From Campylobacteraceae bacterium (GTDB lineage Bacteria > Campylobacterota > Campylobacteria > Campylobacterales > Sulfurovaceae): a stretch of 64,000 nucleotides of DNA. Made by a program: the position numbers and the translations under genes. Below, piece by piece: positions 31,986 through 40,510 of this stretch (position 1 is the first letter of the stretch; every line of letters begins with the position of its first letter). The notes under the pieces were generated by a model. The model saw nothing but the letters and a program-made list of their open reading frames with translations, ran no database searches and was not told where the DNA came from. The stretch lies in the NCBI GenBank assembly GCA_027056485.1, contig JALUKQ010000187.1, forward strand, positions 35,073 through 99,072. Reading direction: 5' to 3'.

Positions 31986-32888
31986 ATGATAGAGAGTAAA
32001 AGTTTTTTAACACTATTAGTACTTATAACCATTTTAGCTTTAGCAACAGCTATTATTTATTTTAAATATCCTACTAAAGAATTAAAAGATAGAGTGAACT
32101 CATGGTGGTATATTTTAGGATTTTTCTCTATAGGAATTATGTTAAATATAACTATAGCCATGTTCTTTTTTGCTTTTCTTAGCTTCTTGGCACTTAAAGA
32201 GTATTTTACGCTTATTCCTTCACGTCGTACGGATAGACGAGTTATGTTTTATGCTTATATATCTATACCTATTCAATACTATTTTGCAGCCATTTCATGG
32301 TATGGTATGTTTATTATTTGGATTCCTGTTTATCTTTTCTTACTCTTACCTTTTAGACAAGTACTCATAGGTGAAACCAAAGGATTTTTAGAAAATACAG
32401 CACGAGTTCAATGGGGCTTGATGGTGTTTGTTTTTGGACTCAGTCACCTTGCATACATGTTAACGCTCGAACCTACAGATGGTGTAGGAGGAAAAGAGTT
32501 GGTACTCTACTTAGTATTACTTACAGCGTTTAATGATGTCTTACAGTATGTTTGGGGTAAGTCATTTGGAAAACATAAAATTATTCCTAAAGTTAGCCCC
32601 AATAAAACTGTTGAAGGTTTTATAGGTGCATTTTTTAGTATCTCTATTTTAGCAGTTCTATTCTCATTTTTAACACCATTTAATTGGTATGAGGCAGTTG
32701 GTGCAGGTATGCTTATCTCAGCTTTTGGTTTTGTTGGTGATGTAGTTATATCTATGATAAAGCGAGATATTGGTGTAAAAGATTCAGGCAACTTAATTCC
32801 TGGACATGGTGGTGTACTTGATAGAGTGGATAGTTTAGTCTATACAGCTCCTCTTTTTTTCCATTATGTCTACTATCTGTACTATTAG
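31986..32888 (+). CDS. Phosphatidate cytidylyltransferase (YnbB-like)
   Basis: KVSPNKTVEG, KRDIGVKDSG, PGHGGVLDRVDS. Confidence 0.92.
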   Translation: MIESKSFLTLLVLITILALATAIIYFKYPTKELKDRVNSWWYILGFFSIGIMLNITIAMFFFAFLSFLALKEYFTLIPSRRTDRRVMFYAYISIPIQYYFAAISWYGMFIIWIPVYLFLLLPFRQVLIGETKGFLENTARVQWGLMVFVFGLSHLAYMLTLEPTDGVGGKELVLYLVLLTAFNDVLQYVWGKSFGKHKIIPKVSPNKTVEGFIGAFFSISILAVLFSFLTPFNWYEAVGAGMLISAFGFVGDVVISMIKRDIGVKDSGNLIPGHGGVLDRVDSLVYTAPLFFHYVYYLYY

Positions 32889-32896
32889 GATTTTGG

Positions 32897-33511
32897 ATGT
32901 GGATTAAAAAACTTTTTTTTATTTTATTGGTACGTCCTCTTATCTTAATTATTGCTGGAGTTAATCTAAGAGGAAAAAATAACTTGCCTTCAGATGGTCC
33001 AGCCATACTCATAGCCAATCATAATAGTCATTTAGATACGATGGTTATTATGACACTTTTTTCTCTAAAAACTTTAGAGAAAGTACGACCCATTGGAGCT
33101 GAAGACTACTTTTGTAACAAGCCCTATAAAACATGGTTCTCTAAAAATTTATTGGATTTAATACCACTTAAAAGAAGACCTACAAAAGAAGATGGTCACC
33201 CTTTTAGTAGTATTTATAAGGCGTTAGAAAAGAAAGAGATAGTATTACTTTTTCCTGAAGGAAGTAGGGGTGACCCTGAGGTAATGAAACCTTTTAAAAC
33301 AGGTATCGCCCATATGGCTGAAGCGTATCCTACTGTTCCTGTTATTCCACTCTCTATTCATGGTGCAGGAAAGGCATTGCCTAAAGGTGAAGCACTATTT
33401 GTTCCTTTTATTATAGATGTGAATGTGGGAGAAGCTGTTTTTTATAAGGGTGAGAGTAAAGCTGAATATACAAAGAATCTACATTATCTAGTAGAGTTGT
33501 TAGAAAAGTGA
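32897..33511 (+). CDS. Lysophospholipid acyltransferase (second PlsC family member)
   Basis: ANHNSHLD, FPEGSRG. Confidence 0.9.
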   Translation: MWIKKLFFILLVRPLILIIAGVNLRGKNNLPSDGPAILIANHNSHLDTMVIMTLFSLKTLEKVRPIGAEDYFCNKPYKTWFSKNLLDLIPLKRRPTKEDGHPFSSIYKALEKKEIVLLFPEGSRGDPEVMKPFKTGIAHMAEAYPTVPVIPLSIHGAGKALPKGEALFVPFIIDVNVGEAVFYKGESKAEYTKNLHYLVELLEK

Positions 33512-33521
33512 TAAGTAACAC

Positions 33522-33550
33522 TTGACACTAATTGAAAATTATACTATACT
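33522..33550 (+). promoter_or_regulatory. Canonical sigma70 -35/-10 promoter
   Basis: TTGACA-17 nt-TATACT upstream of the ORF at 33578. Confidence 0.6.
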
Positions 33551-33577
33551 TCTTTAAAATAATATAAAAGGTATAAC

Positions 33578-33946
33578 ATGACAGCAAAGAAGTATAATTA
33601 TATTTCAGCATTTTTGGCATTTTTATTGTGGAGTGCATGGGCATTTTTTATAAATATAGATAGTGAAAATGTAATTATTTCAGCACTTAGTCAAGGAGTT
33701 GCTAGTTTTATTATTACACTTATCATGATAAAGTTACTGGTCTATTTTTATAAAATGTTTCCTAAAGGAGACTGGTATTTTATACTTCCATCTTTAGTTA
33801 CGGTTGGTGTTACATCTAGTTTTGTAGTATTTATACACTTTATGGTTCATACAAAAAATATATTTTATACTGTACTTCCAACAGTCATTATTGCACTGTT
33901 ATTTGCACTGTATACTACAAAAAAAATTATAGAAGAGGAGTATTAA
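33578..33946 (+). CDS. Small 4-TM membrane protein
   Basis: Four hydrophobic segments; LWSAWA, ALSQG. Confidence 0.75.
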   Translation: MTAKKYNYISAFLAFLLWSAWAFFINIDSENVIISALSQGVASFIITLIMIKLLVYFYKMFPKGDWYFILPSLVTVGVTSSFVVFIHFMVHTKNIFYTVLPTVIIALLFALYTTKKIIEEEY

Positions 33947-33947
33947 T

Positions 33948-34595
33948 ATGTATGATGAAAGTTCAAGAAGACCTTTAAAAGTAAGAGGGGCTGCATGGTC
34001 TAAAAATATAGCAACTTATTTAAGTAAAAAAGATATTACGCCCAATCAAATTTCAGTAATGAGTATAGTTTTTTCAGTTATTTCAGCACTGTCTATTGTG
34101 ATGATTCCTAGCTCAACAGGTATGGTTATTTGGCTCTATTCTATACTTGCAGCTATATTTATACAGATGAGACTTCTGTGTAACTTATTTGATGGTATGG
34201 TAGCATTAGAAGGTGGTAAGAGTACCAAATCTGGTGAACTTTATAATGATATACCAGATAGAGTCTCTGATTCTATTTTATTTATCGCAGTTGGATATAG
34301 TGTCTCTGTAGTATCATGGGGTGCAGAGCTTGGCTATTTTGCTGCTTTAGTAGCGATGATGACAGCTTATGTTAGAGTACTTGGTACAAGTATGAATGCT
34401 GGTAGTTGTTTTAAAGGTCCTATGGCAAAACAACATAGAATGGCTCTACTAACTATAACACTTCTTCTTACACCACTGTTTGATAGTAGAGAGGGAATAT
34501 TACTTTTTATAGCACTTATGTTAATAGCATTAGGTTCTTTATTAACCGTAATAAATCGTACTTATACTATTTATAAAACATTAGAGGAAACATAG
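33948..34595 (+). CDS. CDP-alcohol phosphatidyltransferase (YnbA-like)
   Basis: ITPNQIS, NLFDGMVA...GELYNDIPDRVSD, GPMAKQHR. Confidence 0.9.
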   Translation: MYDESSRRPLKVRGAAWSKNIATYLSKKDITPNQISVMSIVFSVISALSIVMIPSSTGMVIWLYSILAAIFIQMRLLCNLFDGMVALEGGKSTKSGELYNDIPDRVSDSILFIAVGYSVSVVSWGAELGYFAALVAMMTAYVRVLGTSMNAGSCFKGPMAKQHRMALLTITLLLTPLFDSREGILLFIALMLIALGSLLTVINRTYTIYKTLEET

Positions 34596-34597
34596 AT

Positions 34598-34846
34598 ATG
34601 ACAGCAGAATTCAAACAAATTATAGAAGAGTATCCACAACCTCTTTTTTACAATACAACAGGTAGTACGGTTGCTTATAAGTTGTGTATAAGACACTTAT
34701 CTGCTTCTGTTTCAGCAGGATTGGCTTCTGTGGCTAGTGGGTATATTTATCCTCATGATGTTTTACATATAGTAAATTTAGAGAAAGAGATAATAGATCT
34801 AGTAAAGAGTGAAATTAAATTAGTAAAGTTAAAAGGCTTAAAATAG
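34598..34846 (+). CDS. Hypothetical protein
   Basis: Tightly packed in the operon (2-nt gaps), GAGG RBS. Confidence 0.65.
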   Translation: MTAEFKQIIEEYPQPLFYNTTGSTVAYKLCIRHLSASVSAGLASVASGYIYPHDVLHIVNLEKEIIDLVKSEIKLVKLKGLK

Positions 34847-34848
34847 TT

Positions 34849-35406
34849 ATGCAAATAACCCTAATAAGACATGCAGAAGTGGACATTTCCAAAAATACAT
34901 TTGTGTATGCAAATGAGTTAAAAAAATGGTTAGATATCTATAATAATGCAGAGATAAAAGAGCATTTTATCTCTAAAGATGAAATTACAAAGATATTTGA
35001 GCATAGCCATCAAATTATTTGTAGTGAACTTAAACGCTCTTCTGATTCAGTTCTACTTTATGGAAAGAAAGTAGATATAAAAGATACGCTTTTTAATGAA
35101 GCAGATTTACCTTATGCAAATTGGGGTTTAATTAAATTACCCTTGATTGCTTGGGCTTTTCTATTTAGGTTGATGTGGTTGTTTGGTTATAAGAAAAATG
35201 GAGAATCATTAAAAGAAGCAAAACTAAGAGCTATAAAAGCTACTGACTTGTTAGTAAAAGTATCTCAAAAAAATACAAATGTTACTCTTTTAGGACATGG
35301 TCTTATGAACAAACTTATAGCTAAAGAACTAGTAAGTAGAGGATGGATTAGTCAAAAAAAAATGGGAACTAATAACTGGGACTATGGGGTGTTTGAATTT
35401 AGATAG
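34849..35406 (+). CDS. Histidine phosphatase family protein
   Basis: LIRHA, SELKRS, LFNEA, LLGHG. Confidence 0.85.
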   Translation: MQITLIRHAEVDISKNTFVYANELKKWLDIYNNAEIKEHFISKDEITKIFEHSHQIICSELKRSSDSVLLYGKKVDIKDTLFNEADLPYANWGLIKLPLIAWAFLFRLMWLFGYKKNGESLKEAKLRAIKATDLLVKVSQKNTNVTLLGHGLMNKLIAKELVSRGWISQKKMGTNNWDYGVFEFR

Positions 35407-35471
35407 TTTATCAATCCTCAATTAAGACACAATCTTTAAATATTATTAAATATAAACTTTAGGGATATGTA

Positions 35472-36107
35472 ATGATAAAGAAAATAATAATATCATCTTT
35501 GCTTATTTTAGTGTCACTTATGGCTGTACCAAGTATTGTTGAAAATTTTTCAACAAAGATAGAAAAAATTCCATTTATCAATACAAGTAAAGAGACTTCA
35601 GTCCCACCTATTGTAAAATCAGCAAGAGAACAGATAGGTAAAACAATTATATATGACCCCAAATATGTAACTTTATCTTATCCCAATGGAGATGTACCTT
35701 TAAGTAGAGGAGTTTGTACAGATGTAGTTATTCGTGCTATGCGTGATAGTATGAAGATAGACTTACAAAAAGAGGTTCATGAAGATATGAAAAAAGCTTT
35801 CACTACTTATCCTAAAATATGGGGTGCAAAGAGTACAGATAAAAATATAGATCATAGACGGGTACCAAATTTGAAAAATTATTTTAAACGTAAAGGTTAT
35901 TCTTTAACTGTAACAAAGAATCCAAAAGATTATAAGGCAGGAGATATTGTAACTTGTAAAGTAAAGGGACGACCTCATATTATGATAGTTTCCTCTAAGC
36001 AAACGAGTGATGGTGTACCGTTTATTATTCATAATATAGGTTGGGGTACAAGAGAAAATGATGACCTTTTTACTTATGAACTAGATGGACACTATAGAGT
36101 CAAATAA
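35472..36107 (+). CDS. DUF1287 (YijF-like) exported protein
   Basis: YPNGDVP, GVCTDVVIRA, DKNIDHRRVPNL, IIHNIG. Confidence 0.9.
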   Translation: MIKKIIISSLLILVSLMAVPSIVENFSTKIEKIPFINTSKETSVPPIVKSAREQIGKTIIYDPKYVTLSYPNGDVPLSRGVCTDVVIRAMRDSMKIDLQKEVHEDMKKAFTTYPKIWGAKSTDKNIDHRRVPNLKNYFKRKGYSLTVTKNPKDYKAGDIVTCKVKGRPHIMIVSSKQTSDGVPFIIHNIGWGTRENDDLFTYELDGHYRVK

Positions 36108-36163
36108 AATAATACTTACATAAGTAAATTAATTATATACTTAATTTTATTTTATAAATAAGG

Positions 36164-37435
36164 TTGAGTGCTGTGCGTATAGTTATATGGAGTCTGGTTT
36201 TTCTTTTAAGTACTATGGCATATAATAAATTAAGTAATATAAACTCCATACCTAAAGAGATTATTCAAAAAGAGGCATTAGCTCTTGATTACGATATGGA
36301 AAAGATTTACGCATTGGATTACTTGAATGAACTTAGAGAATCCGTTGGACTTGTTAAGTTTAGTACTTCATCTATTTTAGAACAATCATCTGAAAATCAT
36401 GCACATTACATTATAGAAAATGATGAGCCTTCACACTATGAAAAAGCAAATAGAGTTTCTTTTACGGGTGAGAGTATAGCTGACAGGGTAGAAGCTACTG
36501 GGTACAAATCTTCATATATTTTAGAGAATCTATCAACAGGGAGTAGAGACTACAAACACTCTATAGATGGCTTATTTTCTGCTATATATCATCGTTTTGG
36601 ATTTTTAGATTTTAAAATAAATGAGATAGGTATAGGTATTAGTCAAAATAGCTCTAATAAATCAAAAACATCTTTCGTTTATAATATGGGTAACAGTAGA
36701 CTCAATAGACTTTGTAATGGAAATAGTTTTCATATGCAAGGTCATTATGTAGAGGGTGCATGTTTTGATAGAGATTTTAAAATAAAAGAGAAATCCTTTA
36801 ATGATTCAATAAATATAATTCGTAATAGTAAAGTTGTTATATATCCTTATGATAATCAAGTTGATGTTCCTCCTGCATTTTTTGAAGAGACTCCAGACCC
36901 TCTTCCTGAACATGAAGTGAGTGGTTTCCCTATTAGTATAAGTTTTGATGAAGAACAATTTACGAAACTAGAGTTGACAACTTTTAAACTTTTTAATAGT
37001 GAAAATAAAGAGATAACAGATACTTTACTTTTTGATTATAAGAGTGATATTCATCATATGTTTAAAAAGTTTGAGTTTGCACTTTTCCCCTTAAAGAGAT
37101 TAGAGTGGAATAGTACATATAGGGTAAAAGTAGAGTATTTTTTTGATGGGGTTAAAAAAGAAAAAGAGTGGAATTTTAAAACACGGACTTTTGATGAAAA
37201 GCTTCATATTGTTACTGCAAAAAATTATACATTTAATATAAAAAAAAATATATCTGAAATTTTCTATTTTAAACCTCTTTCTCAACATGATAATATAGGT
37301 GATATAGAGTACCCACTATCTGTTGATGTGACGATAATAGATAACAATACCATAAGGTTTACAGCATTTGATAATGCACCCAGTAAAGTAGAGCTAAACT
37401 TTGGACAGCATAAGCTTTTGGTTTATATAGAGTAG
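36164..37435 (+). CDS. CAP/SCP domain exported protein
   Basis: YLNELRESVGL, HAHY, SAIYHRFG; start codon uncertain (TTG or GTG). Confidence 0.82.
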   Translation: MSAVRIVIWSLVFLLSTMAYNKLSNINSIPKEIIQKEALALDYDMEKIYALDYLNELRESVGLVKFSTSSILEQSSENHAHYIIENDEPSHYEKANRVSFTGESIADRVEATGYKSSYILENLSTGSRDYKHSIDGLFSAIYHRFGFLDFKINEIGIGISQNSSNKSKTSFVYNMGNSRLNRLCNGNSFHMQGHYVEGACFDRDFKIKEKSFNDSINIIRNSKVVIYPYDNQVDVPPAFFEETPDPLPEHEVSGFPISISFDEEQFTKLELTTFKLFNSENKEITDTLLFDYKSDIHHMFKKFEFALFPLKRLEWNSTYRVKVEYFFDGVKKEKEWNFKTRTFDEKLHIVTAKNYTFNIKKNISEIFYFKPLSQHDNIGDIEYPLSVDVTIIDNNTIRFTAFDNAPSKVELNFGQHKLLVYIE

Positions 37436-37607
37436 ATATAGCCAAAAGAATTTTATATTTTAGAAATTCTAATTACTGCTTAGTATAAAGATAGTGTGCT
37501 ATCTTAACACTATTAAAAAATAAATTAATGAACGAAACTAATTATCTATTTATTAATATAAATAAGTATAAGTTAGTATAATATGTGAAAATATATAAGG
37601 AGAATTA

Positions 37608-37733
37608 GTGATTATGGAAGGATTAATGGGAATAGGAATTATCTTTATTATGGGTTTAGTGGCTTTAGTTTATAAAAAAAACAGAACGACTAATGATGGT
37701 TCGAATATTAGATATCAAATTAGTAAGGACTAA
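37608..37733 (+). CDS. Small single-TM protein (39-41 aa)
   Basis: AAGGAG RBS, upstream TATAAT, MEGLMGIGIIFIMGLVALVYKKNRTTNDGSNIRYQISKD*; below the ORF track cutoff. Confidence 0.6.
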   Translation: MIMEGLMGIGIIFIMGLVALVYKKNRTTNDGSNIRYQISKD

Positions 37734-37803
37734 CGATAAAAAATAATATGGCGATATTTTATATAATATAATAATTTATCGTCATTTTCAAATAATCTGC
37801 ATA

Positions 37804-37817
37804 TTGACATTTATCAA
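37804..37817. promoter_or_regulatory. Crp/Fnr (Nss-type) box
   Basis: TTGACATTTATCAA upstream of a TATAAT and the ORF at 37873. Confidence 0.6.
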
Positions 37818-37872
37818 CAAAATATATAACCTTTTTACTATAATACTAAAAAAATAAAAAGGGTTCATTTCT

Positions 37873-38289
37873 ATGTTATTTATAATCATTAAAACTATTC
37901 ATCTTTTTGCAGTATTTATCTATGGAGGTTTTCTCATAACTGATAATCTTTTTTTAAATAAAATGCCAAGAACGTTAAATGAAGAGGAGCATAAAAAGGC
38001 AAGAGAGTCTTTTATGATGTTTGTGCGAAAAGTTGTTCCCCCTAGTTTAATTGTTGCTGTGTTAACAGGTCTTTATTTAATCTCACAAGTCTTTGGAAAT
38101 ATTAGCGAAGAGGGAATGAGCCATTTTCAGATGATGCTTTCACTTAAAGCATTTTTAGGGATTTGGCTAGGAATTAGAGGTTTTGCACAGGTATATTTAA
38201 AAATACAACCTTTAGTTTTTAAAAGCCATGTTTTACCATTTACTTTTGTGGTTACCATTATTTTCTTATCTCAGTTTATGTATGCTTAA
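37873..38289 (+). CDS. CopD/Cj0830-like integral membrane protein
   Basis: IHLFAVFIYGG, four TM segments, LSLKAFLG, terminal FLSQFM. Confidence 0.7.
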   Translation: MLFIIIKTIHLFAVFIYGGFLITDNLFLNKMPRTLNEEEHKKARESFMMFVRKVVPPSLIVAVLTGLYLISQVFGNISEEGMSHFQMMLSLKAFLGIWLGIRGFAQVYLKIQPLVFKSHVLPFTFVVTIIFLSQFMYA

Positions 38290-38316
38290 TTTATTCTAAA
38301 GTAGAGAGGATAGAAG

Positions 38317-39261
38317 CTATACAGCTCCTCCCATTCCTCTTATAGTATTTTCTAAGAAGAGTGCTAGTAGAATGAGTAAAGATATCCCAGCTGGTTTACT
38401 ATACAGTTTATTGGCAGTAATATAAACGAGTAAAATAGTTGCAGCAGTCATCAGTGCAACATCAAAAGCATGCTCTGCAAGTGAGAAATGTAACTCATTT
38501 ACTAATGCAGAAGCTCCAATAACAACTGATATGTTAGCCAGATTGGAACCAATAATATTTCCAATAGCCATTTCAGCTTTACCTTTTAATGCTGCTGATA
38601 CTGAAATAATAAGCTCTGGTAGGGAAGTACCAAAACTAATTAGTACAACACCTATAACCCATTCACTTACACCAAAACTTTTTGCAATATTTGAAGCAGA
38701 ATCAACAGCAAAGTGTGCACCTACAATAACAAAAACAAAACCTATTATAAGAAGGAGAATACTACTTAACCAAGAGAAGTTTTTTTTCAACTCTTCATCT
38801 ATCTCTTCCATCTCTAAGCCTCTAGCATCTTCAAATAAAAAGAATATGTATGCAACCATAAGAATTAAAAGTAAAATAGCATCAGTAGTAGTGATAAGAC
38901 CATCTATGCTCATTAAAAGAAAAAACATGACGGGCATCATTGCCCAAATACTATCTTTTGCAAAAAAATCACGGTTGGTTTTAAATTGTTTAGTTATTAG
39001 GAATATTACAGCTAATACCAGTGTAATATTCATAATATTACTACCAATCGCATTGGCTATTGCCATGTCAGCTTTTCCATGTATACTAGCAGCAATACTT
39101 GCTGCCATTTCAGGTAGTGATGTTCCTAGAGCTACAAGTGTTGACCCTATGACAAACTCTGAAATATTAAAACGTAATGCTATACGTTCACTTTGATTGA
39201 TAATAAAATCAGCCCCAAAAATTAAACCACCCATCGCTATAATAAATATAACAAAATCCAT
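38317..39261 (-). CDS. Calcium/sodium antiporter (YrbG family)
   Basis: Duplicated GTSLPE and GSN motifs. Confidence 0.93.
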   Translation of the reverse strand: MDFVIFIIAMGGLIFGADFIINQSERIALRFNISEFVIGSTLVALGTSLPEMAASIAASIHGKADMAIANAIGSNIMNITLVLAVIFLITKQFKTNRDFFAKDSIWAMMPVMFFLLMSIDGLITTTDAILLLILMVAYIFFLFEDARGLEMEEIDEELKKNFSWLSSILLLIIGFVFVIVGAHFAVDSASNIAKSFGVSEWVIGVVLISFGTSLPELIISVSAALKGKAEMAIGNIIGSNLANISVVIGASALVNELHFSLAEHAFDVALMTAATILLVYITANKLYSKPAGISLLILLALFLENTIRGMGGAV

Positions 39262-39698
39262 TAAGACTCCTCTGTTCTTACTATTAAACTTTTTGGAAGA
39301 TTCAACTCATTAATAAGTGCTTCCTCTTTTTCTCTCATTTCCCCATTGTCTATCTCATGGTCATATCCTAAAAGATGAAGCAGACCATGTATAAATAGAA
39401 GGGTAAACTCATCCTCTTTAGTATGACCTAACTCTAATGCCTTAGCATTAACAAAATCAATAGAGATTACAATTGACCCTAGAGGCATGATATTAGCAAT
39501 CAAGATATTATCATTTTCGATTGGAAAACTTAGTACATCAGTTGTTTTATCTTTATCTCTATAAGTTTTGTTGTATTCTTGAATGGTAGAATTATAGCAT
39601 ACGATTAAGTCAATGTCTCTACTTGTATGTTTTTTCACAATATCTTCTATAAGTTGTCTGTTTACGACAAAATTCGTGTGATTATCAATATTTAACAT
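39261..39698 (-). CDS. ybeY: rRNA maturation endoribonuclease YbeY
   Basis: TDVLSFP, HGLLHLLGYDH. Confidence 0.96.
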   Translation of the reverse strand: MLNIDNHTNFVVNRQLIEDIVKKHTSRDIDLIVCYNSTIQEYNKTYRDKDKTTDVLSFPIENDNILIANIMPLGSIVISIDFVNAKALELGHTKEDEFTLLFIHGLLHLLGYDHEIDNGEMREKEEALINELNLPKSLIVRTEES

Positions 39699-39753
39699 AA
39701 GAAAATTTTACCCAAAAAGAGGTAAAATACGTTTAAAAATAGGGGAGTTAGAT

Positions 39754-40416
39754 ATGAAAAAAGCCGTAACTATTATTTCAGGTGGAATGGATAGTGCCTT
39801 AAGTGCAAAAATAGCACAAAATGAGGGCTATGGGTTAATAGCTTTGCATTTTAATTATGGGCAAAGAACTGAAAAAAAAGAGCTTGAGTCTTTTAGAAAA
39901 ATTGCTAAAAAATTAAATTGCCTAGAAAGTTATGAAATAGATTTAGATTTTTTTAAACAAATAGGAGCTTCAGCTTTGACAGACAGCTCTTTAGATGTTC
40001 CTATAGATGGAGTAGAAGATGATGTTCCTATAACTTATGTTCCTTTTAGAAATGGTATTTTCTTATCTATCGCTACAGCTATAGCAGAGAAGCATGGTGC
40101 TGAAGCACTTTTTATCGGTGTAGTTGAAGAGGATAGCTCAGGTTATCCTGATTGTCGTGATACATATATTAAGTCAATGGCGCAGTCGATAAATCTTGGA
40201 ACAAAAGATGAGACTAAAATAGAGATAAAAATGCCATTGGTTCACTTGAAAAAGTCAGAAATAGTTAAAAAGTCTATAGAGTTGGGTGTACCATTAGAAG
40301 ATACTTGGTCATGTTACCAAAATGAAGATAGAGCTTGTGGGGTTTGTGACAGTTGTAGGTTACGTCTGAGTGGGTTTGAAAAAGCAGGGGTCAAAGACCC
40401 GATTGCATATGTGTAG
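39754..40416 (+). CDS. queC: 7-cyano-7-deazaguanine synthase
   Basis: SGGMDS, YVPFRN, YPDCR, TWSCY...CGVCDSC. Confidence 0.97.
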   Translation: MKKAVTIISGGMDSALSAKIAQNEGYGLIALHFNYGQRTEKKELESFRKIAKKLNCLESYEIDLDFFKQIGASALTDSSLDVPIDGVEDDVPITYVPFRNGIFLSIATAIAEKHGAEALFIGVVEEDSSGYPDCRDTYIKSMAQSINLGTKDETKIEIKMPLVHLKKSEIVKKSIELGVPLEDTWSCYQNEDRACGVCDSCRLRLSGFEKAGVKDPIAYV

Positions 40417-40510
40417 GGTGTTTCCCCATGAAAACACCGTCAAAATTAAATTTAATTTTTTAATGTCATTCAAATGTTATAACACGGTGTTTTCGGGGAA
40501 AACACCCTAC
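40413..40510. repeat. REPIN (inverted pair of GTAG REPs)
   Basis: GTAGGGTGTTTCCCCATGAAAACACCGT...ACGGTGTTTTCGGGGAAAACACCCTAC. Confidence 0.8.
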
